Source: a virus (lineage: Duplodnaviria > Caudoviricetes). From it: a stretch of DNA of 64,000 nt. Location: the IMG/VR virus record IMGVR_UViG_2840619991_000006, positions 1 to 64,000 of that record. One strand, given 5' to 3'. Position numbers and translations under genes: made by a program. A model generated the notes under the pieces. The model had not been told where the DNA came from. It saw only the letters and a list, made by a program, of their open reading frames with translations, and made no database searches. Every line of letters begins with the position of its first letter. Position 1 is the first letter of the stretch. This document shows, piece after piece, positions 30,573-39,454 of this stretch.

Positions 30573-31102
30573 CACAGCGTCTCCCCATGCTTGAGGACGC
30601 GGACGCCGCATTCGAGGATCGCGCAGCCATCAGCAGCGTTGTGGTCCGGCGGGTTCCAGCCGCGATCGTGGCACGCGGCGATCATGGCCGGCTTCTCGGC
30701 TCGGCCATTGCCGGTGAATGCCTTCTTCACGGTGTTGTTCGCCACCTCTCGGACAGCCTTCACGCCCCTCCGGTGACAGAGCAGATCGACGACGGCTATC
30801 TTCCCAAAAGCCCGCCGTGCCGCCTCCTGCCCGCCGTGGTGAGGAATCGCGGCCTCGAACACCACGGCGTCTGGTCCATGAACGGTCAGCATGTCGTCCA
30901 GCCACTTGGCGAACCGGTTGTAATACTCGCCGTGCGGCAGCCCCGTCGGGCCGATGGTGAAGGTGCCGCACAGGATGGTGGGGCGCTGCGGCGTGCGCCC
31001 CAGAAGGAAGCGACCGGCGGGCCACGCCGATATGGCCGAGCGGTTGGCGACCGCCCAGCCCGTCATGCGCCCGAGATCCAACGAGAGGATGCCGCCGGCC
31101 AT
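30572..31102 (-). CDS. RuvC-like Holliday junction resolvase
   Basis: ILSLDLG..TGWA, VFE, VKKAFTGNGRAEK, DHNAAD. Confidence 0.8.
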   Translation of the reverse strand: MAGGILSLDLGRMTGWAVANRSAISAWPAGRFLLGRTPQRPTILCGTFTIGPTGLPHGEYYNRFAKWLDDMLTVHGPDAVVFEAAIPHHGGQEAARRAFGKIAVVDLLCHRRGVKAVREVANNTVKKAFTGNGRAEKPAMIAACHDRGWNPPDHNAADGCAILECGVRVLKHGETL

Positions 31103-31108
31103 TTCCCG

Positions 31109-32272
31109 TTACTCCGCCGGGGCCATGAAAGCGTCGGCGGCGCCATTGCTGGCCATCGCCGGCATCAGCACGTCCGCGTCATCGTCTTCCGGCAGGTCCG
31201 GCAGTTCGTCGCCGTCGTCCGCATCGGCGAAAACCACCTCCCCGCTCTCTCCCGGCGCCTCGGCGGCGGCCGGACCGGCTTCGTCGAACAGGGCGTTGTC
31301 CTGCCCCTCCCAGCCGGCCAGCCACGCATCGGCCTTGGCGCTGCCGGCGGGATGCGGGCAGGCGGACTGCGGCTCGCCGGCTTCGCAGGCGGTGGCCCCT
31401 TCCGCCTCCAGCGCCTGGACTTCCTCGGCGCTCAGGGCCTGCTCGGACGGTTGACCACCGCCCTCGCCGGCTTGCTCCGCGGCGCGCTCGGCGGCACGGG
31501 CCGCGTTCTGGGCGTCCTGTTCGGTCGCCCAGCCCTTCATGACGATGCCGGCCTTCACCGGATCGTCGCCGTAGGCGTGCGCGCCCGGCGCCTTGCCTTC
31601 GCGGAACAGCTTGATGCCCTCCGCGAGGAGAGCCGTGTGCTCGTCCTGCGACATGCCCTCGGGAAGTTCGGAGCCGGCCACCGCGCCGGCGCCGGATGCC
31701 GGCTGACCACCCTCCGCCGCCGCCTTGATTGCGGCGTCCATGGCGTCCCACGCCTGTTCGAAGATCGCGACGGACTCCACTCCGGTAAGCAGGCAGTCGG
31801 AGCGCTTCTCGCCGTTGCGGCGGGCTTCGCAGCCCTTGGCCCAGGCGCCGAGCTTGCGCTTCTTGCCCTCGAAATCAGCCGGCGGGTTGGGGTTCGGAAT
31901 GGCGGAGAGGTCCGGCCCGATGACCGCTTCCATCGCGCCCGCGACAGCTTCGGCGTCCGGCATCTCATCGAACAGCGCTTGCTGCCGGGCCACGTTGAGC
32001 TGAAGCGCCGGGATCAGGTGAAGAAGCTGCTGCGCCTCGATGGTCGCTTCGGGATCGTCGTTCCGCTTCCTCGCAAACAGCCGCGCCAGCGCCTTGAACA
32101 CGGGCTTGCGAACACCGGTCTTCGCAGCGTCGCGAATCACCTCCGCCTTCTTGGAATTGGCGGCGGCGGCTTGGGATTCCCGCTCAAGCAGCTGGTCCAT
32201 CGCCCGCTCAAGGTCGGACGGGGAAATGCTCGACGGGTCGATGGCAGGTTTCTCGTTCAGCTTGCGGGCCAT
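31109..32272 (-). CDS. GapR-like N-terminus + three Rmf-like repeats + acidic tail
   Basis: KAEVIRDAAKTGVRKPVFKAL; repeats such as EGATACEAGEPQSACPH...AWLAGW. Confidence 0.5.
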   Translation of the reverse strand: MARKLNEKPAIDPSSISPSDLERAMDQLLERESQAAAANSKKAEVIRDAAKTGVRKPVFKALARLFARKRNDDPEATIEAQQLLHLIPALQLNVARQQALFDEMPDAEAVAGAMEAVIGPDLSAIPNPNPPADFEGKKRKLGAWAKGCEARRNGEKRSDCLLTGVESVAIFEQAWDAMDAAIKAAAEGGQPASGAGAVAGSELPEGMSQDEHTALLAEGIKLFREGKAPGAHAYGDDPVKAGIVMKGWATEQDAQNAARAAERAAEQAGEGGGQPSEQALSAEEVQALEAEGATACEAGEPQSACPHPAGSAKADAWLAGWEGQDNALFDEAGPAAAEAPGESGEVVFADADDGDELPDLPEDDDADVLMPAMASNGAADAFMAPAE

Positions 32273-32332
32273 GTGGCCACCTCCTTTCGGTCTTCAGAAG
32301 TGCTTGGGTGCGGCGCGTCGGCGCCGGGAGGA

Positions 32333-32833
32333 TCAGGCCGACGCCTCGGCCCGGGGCTGGGTGACGTTTCCGGACACGTGCGGCGGTTCGGCCGCGTCCC
32401 GAATTTCCCGGGCATGGTCCATGACGTTCTGCGCGGCACGGGCGATGCGGCGGCGTTCCTGCTGGTCGACGTGATCGTCGGCCAGGGCATTGTCGATTTC
32501 CTTGGCGAGAGTCCCGGACTCGATGTCGAGGCGGACGAGCTGACGGGCAAAGTCCGTTTCCGGACGCTCGTCGCCCTGCAACTCGGCCAGCTTCGCCGCG
32601 GTGATTTCCCGCATCACCTCGATGAAGACCGGCGACCTCCCTCTGGCGATCAACGCGGCGTCCAGCGCAGCGGCGTCGGCAAGTTCCAGGTCGGTGCCAT
32701 CAAGCGGGTTGCTGGTCTTGCGGAACTTCGCCGCCGTGAGGCCGGTGGCCTGCCTGATCTCCTGTGGACTCAGTTCCTGGACGGCCTGACGCAGCGCATC
32801 CTCAATGGAGCCGGGCTTTCGATAAACGGTCAT
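32333..32833 (-). CDS. CII-like phage regulatory protein
   Basis: Downstream of cro; ALADDHVDQQERRRI C-terminal pattern. Confidence 0.5.
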   Translation of the reverse strand: MTVYRKPGSIEDALRQAVQELSPQEIRQATGLTAAKFRKTSNPLDGTDLELADAAALDAALIARGRSPVFIEVMREITAAKLAELQGDERPETDFARQLVRLDIESGTLAKEIDNALADDHVDQQERRRIARAAQNVMDHAREIRDAAEPPHVSGNVTQPRAEASA

Positions 32834-33319
32834 CCAAAATAGCCCTTTCGATTGGACGTGACGCCCCGGCGTTGCTTCCGCACATTGGGGACATGACTGT
32901 TCAGCTTCCGCTTCCCATTGCCGACGACACCGGCATCGCCACGCCCGTTCAGGGCAGCGCATCGCTCAGCACCGTGACGCTCGTTGACCGGGCCGCAGCG
33001 GAGGCGATCCGCGCGCTTGCTCGGCTGGCCGTGGTGGTGCCGCGAGATGAGGAGCGGGAGGTTTGGGCGATCAGCAGCAGCGTCGGCGCCCTTGCGCAGC
33101 GCATTGCCGATCGAGAAGACCGAGTGCCGGTGAACGGTGCTGTCGCCGCTGGCCGGCTGGAGGTGTGAAGTGGTGACGATGACCGGCATGCGCTCAGCCT
33201 CCCCAGCACTTGCGGACGCCCAGCACGGCCAGACCGAACGCGACAACGGCGTAATATGGCCAGAGCGCGGTGGCGAGCTGTGTGGTCCAGGGCGGGTCGT
33301 AGAGCGGCATCAACATGGT

Positions 33320-33550
33320 TCAGGCCCCCGCCGCGAGGGTCAGCAGAAACGCAAGCCAGAGAGCGAGGAGACCGGCGAGCAGCGGCAGGATGGGTCCGGC
33401 GCTACCACGCGAGGAGTACCGCCCCACCCCGCATGCGCGCGTGACATGCCTCCCGCCTTCGAGGCACTCTTGACATGGTTCCAAATACTTGAAATCCGTC
33501 TTCAAGTTGTGCGCTGCCAGGATCTTGCTTGTGATGAAGCCCATGGTCAT
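33320..33550 (-). CDS. small protein with C-terminal TM helix
   Basis: CxxC motif and hydrophobic C-terminus. Confidence 0.35.
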   Translation of the reverse strand: MTMGFITSKILAAHNLKTDFKYLEPCQECLEGGRHVTRACGVGRYSSRGSAGPILPLLAGLLALWLAFLLTLAAGA

Positions 33551-33608
33551 GGGTCACCTACTGCAATCAGATCAGCCGCGATACGGCACACCTCTTCTGT
33601 TTCGGTGA

Positions 33609-33884
33609 TCACTCGCCCCCTCCCTCTTGCTCAGGGGCGGACGGCAAAGAAAGCTTGGATGAGACTTCCTGTTCATCCAGGGCTTTGCTTTCCTGGAGCA
33701 GTTCGAAAAAGTCGTTTGGGGTCACCTCTCCTTTGGACGCGCAAAAGATGCGCGTCATCGCCGTCCAGCCCGGCTTGACCAGACCTCGGCGATACCGGCT
33801 GATCGCGGACTTATGGAGTCCTGCTTCTTGACCGAACTGCTCGTCAGTCAGGCCCCGGTTTTTTATGTGAGAAGAGAGATTCAT
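33609..33884 (-). CDS. cro: Cro-like HTH regulator
   Basis: GLTDEQFG..AGLHKSAISRY..G..KP...GEVTPNDFF; divergent from the repressor. Confidence 0.75.
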   Translation of the reverse strand: MNLSSHIKNRGLTDEQFGQEAGLHKSAISRYRRGLVKPGWTAMTRIFCASKGEVTPNDFFELLQESKALDEQEVSSKLSLPSAPEQEGGGE

Positions 33885-33893
33885 GTCCGTCAC

Positions 33894-33970
33894 GTTGCCA
33901 TCATTGCAACATGAGTTCAAGCCCGAAGTTGCCAAAGCTTCAACTGACGCGAAGTTGCAGCCATGGCAAC
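33894..33970. promoter_or_regulatory. three 17-bp operators (OR-like)
   Basis: GTTGCCATCATTGCAAC 33894-33910, GTTGCCAAAGCTTCAAC 33928-33944, GTTGCAGCCATGGCAAC 33954-33970. Confidence 0.85.
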
Positions 33971-33978
33971 TTGTTGCA

Positions 33979-34356
33979 ATGAGTGACGAACAGCAAATAG
34001 CAGGCGCACGTCTCAAGGCGCTGCGCGAGGCCAAGGGATGGTCTCAAGAAAAGCTCGCCCAGGAAAGTGGGTTGGGCGACAAGACCCTTATGAGCAAAAT
34101 GGAACGTGGGCTAATTCGCCTCAACGATATAAAGCTGAGGCGTCTATCACAGGCTCTTGGATGTACCCCTGGAGATCTTCTCGCAGACGAGTCATACGAA
34201 CCAGCGCCACCGCATAAGGATGAAGACGAGGCTCTTTTCAACGAAGCTCGTCAGGTAATGTCAGACACTGAGTTAGATGACGTTCGCAGATACCTTCGAA
34301 TGCGAATTGAAATTGCCCGCGCACGACAATCATCACCGCCATCAAGAAAGTCCTGA
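33979..34356 (+). CDS. cI: CI-like XRE repressor lacking an S24 peptidase domain
   Basis: RLKALREAKGWSQEKLA...SKMERG; 125 aa with a short helical C-terminus. Confidence 0.8.
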   Translation: MSDEQQIAGARLKALREAKGWSQEKLAQESGLGDKTLMSKMERGLIRLNDIKLRRLSQALGCTPGDLLADESYEPAPPHKDEDEALFNEARQVMSDTELDDVRRYLRMRIEIARARQSSPPSRKS

Positions 34357-34466
34357 ATATAATCAAGCACCAAGATTCGATCTTCACCCGATAGCGCTCG
34401 AAACATATCTAGCATTTCATCTTGATTTGCGCAGGCGATCTCCTCGTTCTTAAGCTCGCTCACCAT
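34251..34466 (-). CDS. small ORF resembling an XRE C-terminal helix pair, overlapping cI antisense
   Basis: AAGGAG RBS just upstream of the ATG; EMLDMFRALSGEDRILVLDYI. Confidence 0.55.
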   Translation of the reverse strand: MVSELKNEEIACANQDEMLDMFRALSGEDRILVLDYIQDFLDGGDDCRARAISIRIRRYLRTSSNSVSDIT

Positions 34467-34614
34467 GCGGTCTCCTTATGACGCGGTCCCCGTGCGTGTC
34501 ATGGTTGGCCACCCTCAGGATAAAATGGCGAACGTGGGGATCATAACCAAGTAGAGGGACACAAACGCTTCTCAGGCAGTCGCCCCAGCCGCCGAAGCGA
34601 CCGGGGCGCGGCGA

Positions 34615-35064
34615 TCAGGCTGCCAGCGGCTGGATGACCAACCAGCAACCGTCATTCGCTGCAAGCAGACCTTCTGCGATGGCTTCTTCGTAGGACGGAA
34701 GGTGGCGGCCAGCGTTGGCAAAGGCCGAGCGGGTGTTCTCCCACGCCTCCACGGCCTCTGGGCCGCTGGTGGCTGGGAACGGGTCGTGGACGATCACATT
34801 GCCAGCGCCGTAGAGTTCGGCACCGATCTTCAGCGCGCTGCGGGTGTCGAGGAGCACGGTGTGCAGCGCCACGTCAGCTAGATTCGGGACCGCGTACCTG
34901 CGGCCATGCTCATGGGCTTGGGCGTCGCCCAAGATAACCTTGACCTGTTGGAACGCCTCGTCGCGCTCCGCCTCGGTGTGGCCGAAGCGGCTCACCATCG
35001 CATGCTCATAACGGCTGAAATCAATCTCTGTGACGTTCGCGTAACCCATTCTGTCGATCCTCAT
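34615..35064 (-). CDS. GRDP/DUF1399-like protein (degenerate P..D..H..LDT motif)
   Basis: AVPNLADVALHTVLLDTR...IVHDP; likely start 35049 with GAGGA RBS; hairpin at 34578-34614 downstream. Confidence 0.45.
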   Translation of the reverse strand: MRIDRMGYANVTEIDFSRYEHAMVSRFGHTEAERDEAFQQVKVILGDAQAHEHGRRYAVPNLADVALHTVLLDTRSALKIGAELYGAGNVIVHDPFPATSGPEAVEAWENTRSAFANAGRHLPSYEEAIAEGLLAANDGCWLVIQPLAA

Positions 35065-36286
35065 GATTTGCGCGTGATTGCGCGGGACATCGCTGCGATT
35101 TTTCCTACCAGCTTAGAAATTGCCGAGAGATCGTCAGCAGCGAAATCTTTCTGGCGCAGGCGGGCTTTCATCCCATCCTTCCCGTTGATTTGGTTGTAGA
35201 CGGTCCGTGGCGAGCTTCCCCGGATCTCACCGATGACCTCCGGAGACAAGCCGGCCCCAATCAGCGCAGCAACGTGGGCCTGCGCATCCGGCAAACCGAA
35301 AGCGGTCCGCAGGCTTGCAGCGACCGATTCAACGTCATCACCAAATCGGGCAACGACAAGGATCACCGTTCGCTCAAGCTCACCAGGAGCTATGGCCATC
35401 AGCAAGGGTTCGCCGCGAAGGCGTCGCAGGAAGACCGTTTGCGGCGCCCGGCTCCTTGCGACCGCGGCGATCGCCATCCGTAGTTCCTGCTCACCTTCGC
35501 TCATGATGGCTGTGACGTGTCCGGTCTCGTCCAGGCACACCCCGTCCCCCCGATCAGCGCATCACCGAAGCTGGAGTTGCCGTGGATCAGGACGCCGTCA
35601 TCGCGGCACAATGCGACAGCGAGGTCCAACGCATCGAGAGCTGAGCTGAGCCCGACCAACGCGCGGCGGAGCTTCGCAATCTCGAACAGATCCTCGCGAG
35701 TATCGACCGGTGGAAGGTATTGCTCGACAGCCAGGGATGGCAGGCCGACGCGGACCTGGACGCACGTTCCATCCGAGAGGCATAGATTCGATACCGCCAT
35801 GCGGCCGTGCTGGTAATCGCCGACCCACTGCAAACGCTCTCTTGCCCGCCGCTCTATCGTCTTACGCGCAAGATACGATACCGGGTCCCGATTGATTTCA
35901 GCGCTGGCCATCGCACCAGAATTCAGCACGCTCCAGAAAAGTGACGCATAAGTTTCCTTCAGATAATCTGAACATGGAAACATCCGAACCTGCGCTGTAT
36001 TCGCCCATGCTACTGCATCCTCTGGGGAATATACGAGAACAGCACCGCCAAATTCCTCAGCAGTGCTTATCATCACTGTCGCGGATGGCGGGAGACCGAT
36101 GGGGAACGCGTCTGGCATGTCGTAACAATCATGCTGACTGGAGGCACAAAAGGAACGGTACGGCAGAGCATCGATATCGGCATGGTCAATTTTACACATG
36201 CCAGAGGGGTCAGAGCTTTTTCTGTAAAGATTGGATCGCCCGATGCACATACTGGAATATGATAAGGCCGCCGAACGCAGATGCAT
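35061..36286 (-). CDS. PAS-PAS-LuxR HTH regulator split by a frameshift in a C6 run (35546-35551)
   Basis: N part is PAS_7-like; C part has LRTAFGLPDAQAHVAALIGAGLSPEVIG.IRG.S.RTV LuxR HTH; one extra G restores ...LIGGDGVCLD... Confidence 0.7.
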
Positions 36287-36328
36287 TCGACGGCCTACAG
36301 CGAATTAAGATTAGAAATATCGACTATA

Positions 36329-37273
36329 TCAAGCAGTAGCGGTTTCCCGGTGCGAAGCCCTTCCCTTCGCTGCTGAACCTGACTTCTCTGCAAAAGAGAG
36401 ATAGGTCGCGCTTGCAACGATCAATGCTGCACCAATCAGGTCTGCGCCGGTCATTTCCTTCCCGAACACTAACCATCCAACGATGGCTGTTGCCGGAAGG
36501 GTAAGATAATCAAAGCAAGACACGTAAGGCAGTGGTGCAGCAGCCAGCGCCTTCGCCGTTGCGATCTGCGATCCTGCGGCAAGAATTCCGACTGCAATCA
36601 GTCCAGCCAGGACCCAGCCCCCGATTTCGAACGGCACCCAAGCTCCGTAAGCAAGCGGCGCCATGCCGAGCGCCGAGGCGGCCATAAATACAAGAACGAT
36701 CAGGTGGGCTGGATTTGTCGACGTGAGCCGGCGTACGGCTGCCAGCGACACGGCGGAGAGCATAGCCCCTGCCAAGGCAGCGATGATGCCCAGGTCGAGC
36801 CCAACAGACAACGCCGGATAAACCGTTACGATGACGCCGATCAGCCCAGCCACCACGGCGGACCAGACCCGCCAAGACGCCCTCTCACCCAACAGCATCA
36901 TAGCGGCGCCCTGCATAAACAGGACTCGGCTCATCACGATCAGGTTGATAAGCGCAAGGTGTTGTCCGCTGGTCCAGGCGTAGAGGATGCAATAGCCCGC
37001 CAGCAGCCCGGTTCCGCACCGGATCGAAAACCACATCAGATTATTGATCTGACGCAGCTCAGCCAGGATGCTTCGACCGGAGAAAATGATGCCCACCGCA
37101 AGGGCGCCAAGCGCTCCGACCGAGCGGAAGAAGCCCAGTTGCTCAGCGGTAAGCCCATGGCTTGAAAGATACTTGGCGACCGCTCCACCAAAGGTGAACA
37201 GGAAGGCGGAATAGATCGCCCAAGCTGCTGCGTTTGGACGTTTAAAAAATGAAGGAAGCATGCTGCGCCTCAA
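36329..37273 (-). CDS. DMT/EamA family transporter
   Basis: About 10 TM helices, QLGFFR, LLGER, GWLVFG.E. Confidence 0.88.
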   Translation of the reverse strand: MRRSMLPSFFKRPNAAAWAIYSAFLFTFGGAVAKYLSSHGLTAEQLGFFRSVGALGALAVGIIFSGRSILAELRQINNLMWFSIRCGTGLLAGYCILYAWTSGQHLALINLIVMSRVLFMQGAAMMLLGERASWRVWSAVVAGLIGVIVTVYPALSVGLDLGIIAALAGAMLSAVSLAAVRRLTSTNPAHLIVLVFMAASALGMAPLAYGAWVPFEIGGWVLAGLIAVGILAAGSQIATAKALAAAPLPYVSCFDYLTLPATAIVGWLVFGKEMTGADLIGAALIVASATYLSFAEKSGSAAKGRASHRETATA

Positions 37274-37294
37274 ATGATTTTGTCTAGGCGAACA

Positions 37295-38005
37295 CTAAAG
37301 ATGATCGAGAATTTTTCTCCTCCTATCTTCGTATTCTTCTTTTGTTATAACCTTTCGTTCAAACATATCTTTCAGAGTTGATAAACGTGTTGCAGTGTTG
37401 GTAGGCGCGCTGGTCGTAGGCTTCGTTTGCGGATTTGGCTTTGGTGATTGCAGCTCTCCCACACGCGGGTCGTAGATTGAGTTTATGAACGGCACCAAAA
37501 CACTATTATCGCCTGGCCTCGCCATCGCCTGAAACAACTGAAGGCATTTATTTTCCATGTACATTTTTCCTAAGACATTGAATTTTCCGAACGCACTATC
37601 GGAGCGGCCACCATATTCAAGAATTTTTCGATTATTATCTGCATAGAAGTTATGACTTGTCATTACCCACTCGTCACCCCTATTAGATTGTTTCATAATC
37701 TCTAAAGCGATACTCTCTGTTGCCTTACCTAAGTCAAAGTTGTTTCCACAGAAGCAAGCTATCGCTCTTTGCTCATCAGCCGAAACTTGCTTAACCGCAT
37801 ATGCATTAATGCCTGAACTTGATACGCGGCCAGGGTCATTGATAATGTCTACAGGCCCATTTATCTGCGCACGCATCCGGCAATCTGCGGGAAACTTCTC
37901 CATTGCTTCAGATGCATCGATGTGCGACTTAGTAGTTTGACATGCCCCCAAGAGCACCAAAACCATAGAAGCCGCAAGCCGCGTGATTAGGATTAATTTT
38001 CTCAT
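37295..38005 (-). CDS. lipoprotein with C-terminal SHOCT domain
   Basis: Signal peptide + LGAC lipobox; RLSTLKDMFERKVITKEEYEDRRRKIL; low GC. Confidence 0.75.
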   Translation of the reverse strand: MRKLILITRLAASMVLVLLGACQTTKSHIDASEAMEKFPADCRMRAQINGPVDIINDPGRVSSSGINAYAVKQVSADEQRAIACFCGNNFDLGKATESIALEIMKQSNRGDEWVMTSHNFYADNNRKILEYGGRSDSAFGKFNVLGKMYMENKCLQLFQAMARPGDNSVLVPFINSIYDPRVGELQSPKPNPQTKPTTSAPTNTATRLSTLKDMFERKVITKEEYEDRRRKILDHL

Positions 38006-38778
38006 TACAAATCCTCCAAAATTTTCCGACGCCTATCTTCATATTCTTTTTGAGAAACCAGATTGCGTTCTCGAAGATCCTTCAGCGTGGCTAAGCGCGC
38101 CTCAACTGAACTCCCCATTGTTACCAATGGCGCGCCTGCTGATTGCGGCCTCGAAACGGATAAGGCGGTAAGTTTTGGGTCGTCCAAGGCTTGGTCAATG
38201 GCGGCTTGCATACTATCGTTTATGATTTTCCTCAAGCCATCGACTTGCGAAACAAAGCTACCATCTTCCACACGATTATCCTCATAGACCTGAGAATACA
38301 ATTGCTGCCCTGTTGATTTATCGATTGCTTTTACATTAAACCTTGTATGCCCCTCACGGCGCATGAGTTGGTTTGAGTCCAATCGTTCAATGCTTACAAC
38401 AAGACCAATATACGCAACGTCAGTTTTTGCCAGCAATCCACGAGATTTTAATCCCTCGATGAATGCTTGTCGCACCATGTCATTTACCGGAGTTTTCGTT
38501 TCAAGTATCCAAAACGGGTTTCCATATCCCCCGCGAACAGTCCCAATTTTATTGGATGGATTCTTTCGAGCGTCGGTTACCGTTGATATTTCGACCATTG
38601 GAATAGCGCCGGTGGCGGCAATGGTTTGAGCAGCGGGCCGATACGTCAGGTCAGTCGGCGTCGTCCCGCATCCTGGTAAGCAAATAGCTACCGCACTTAA
38701 TACAAGCGCGCCGATTCCACTTTGCACTGAGAGCCCGCTTCGCACCGGCCTTCCATTCGACGAAAGTAGATGCCTCAT
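38005..38778 (-). CDS. YajG-like lipoprotein with C-terminal SHOCT domain
   Basis: LPGC lipobox, VTDAR..IG.VRGGYG, RLATLKDLRERNLVSQKEYEDRRRKIL; start uncertain. Confidence 0.7.
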   Translation of the reverse strand: MRHLLSSNGRPVRSGLSVQSGIGALVLSAVAICLPGCGTTPTDLTYRPAAQTIAATGAIPMVEISTVTDARKNPSNKIGTVRGGYGNPFWILETKTPVNDMVRQAFIEGLKSRGLLAKTDVAYIGLVVSIERLDSNQLMRREGHTRFNVKAIDKSTGQQLYSQVYEDNRVEDGSFVSQVDGLRKIINDSMQAAIDQALDDPKLTALSVSRPQSAGAPLVTMGSSVEARLATLKDLRERNLVSQKEYEDRRRKILEDL

Positions 38779-38919
38779 CTTAAACAGCAAGAAGGGCCTA
38801 AGCCGCTGATGGCCGGCATCTCCAAAAACGGGCATTCTTCCTCCAGCGCATACAATAATATGCATTCATGATATCCAACACCACCATGGCGACTGTGACA
38901 CACACCCGCCGAGGCATCA

Positions 38920-38971
38920 GTTGCCAATTTTGCAACTTTCCACTTGACGCGCTGGTTGCCATCATGGCAAC
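38920..38971. promoter_or_regulatory. two 17-bp operators (OL-like) around a TTGACG -35 box
   Basis: GTTGCCAATTTTGCAAC 38920-38936, GTTGCCATCATGGCAAC 38955-38971, TTGACG at 38944. Confidence 0.85.
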
Positions 38972-39140
38972 GTCCGTTATGTACCCCGCACGGTAGCGGT
39001 TCACACCACCACCCAAGGGGTACGCGCTTCCACGCTCCTTCGAGCGTTGGGCGTTTCCTCCTCAGACTGTGCCCGCCGGTCGAGCCGGTCGGCGGGCACC
39101 TTCTCAGGGCGGAGCGCAGAATCCGGAAGAGGACACCGCC

Positions 39141-39335
39141 ATGGGCCAGCCTGCCCGCCGCACTGCTGACGTTGACCAAGAGTTTCTTACCGCCTGCCGC
39201 TCGGTCGTTGCGCCGGTGCTGGAGCGAGCGGCACAGGACATGGGCGTGGTGGACGAGGCCCGGCATCTCTGGGCGATCAGTTCGCCGATCCCGCCCAGCC
39301 AGAAGGGCAGGGCGGGGCATCCCGCAACGACCTGA
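39141..39335 (+). CDS. hypothetical early protein
   Basis: GAGGA RBS. Confidence 0.45.
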   Translation: MGQPARRTADVDQEFLTACRSVVAPVLERAAQDMGVVDEARHLWAISSPIPPSQKGRAGHPATT

Positions 39336-39454
39336 CCGCTCCCCTCCCCTTCCCGATCCCCAGCCCCTTACCCGCGTCGATCCCGCGGGTGGGGCATGAG
39401 GCGTTGAAGACGGCCCCATCCGGCCCGGCCAACCACCAACATCAAGGATCACCG

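Noticed and set aside
30587-32842. 751-aa plus-strand ORF
   Set aside because: Shadow of the minus-strand RuvC-like, GapR-like and CII-like genes; no motifs
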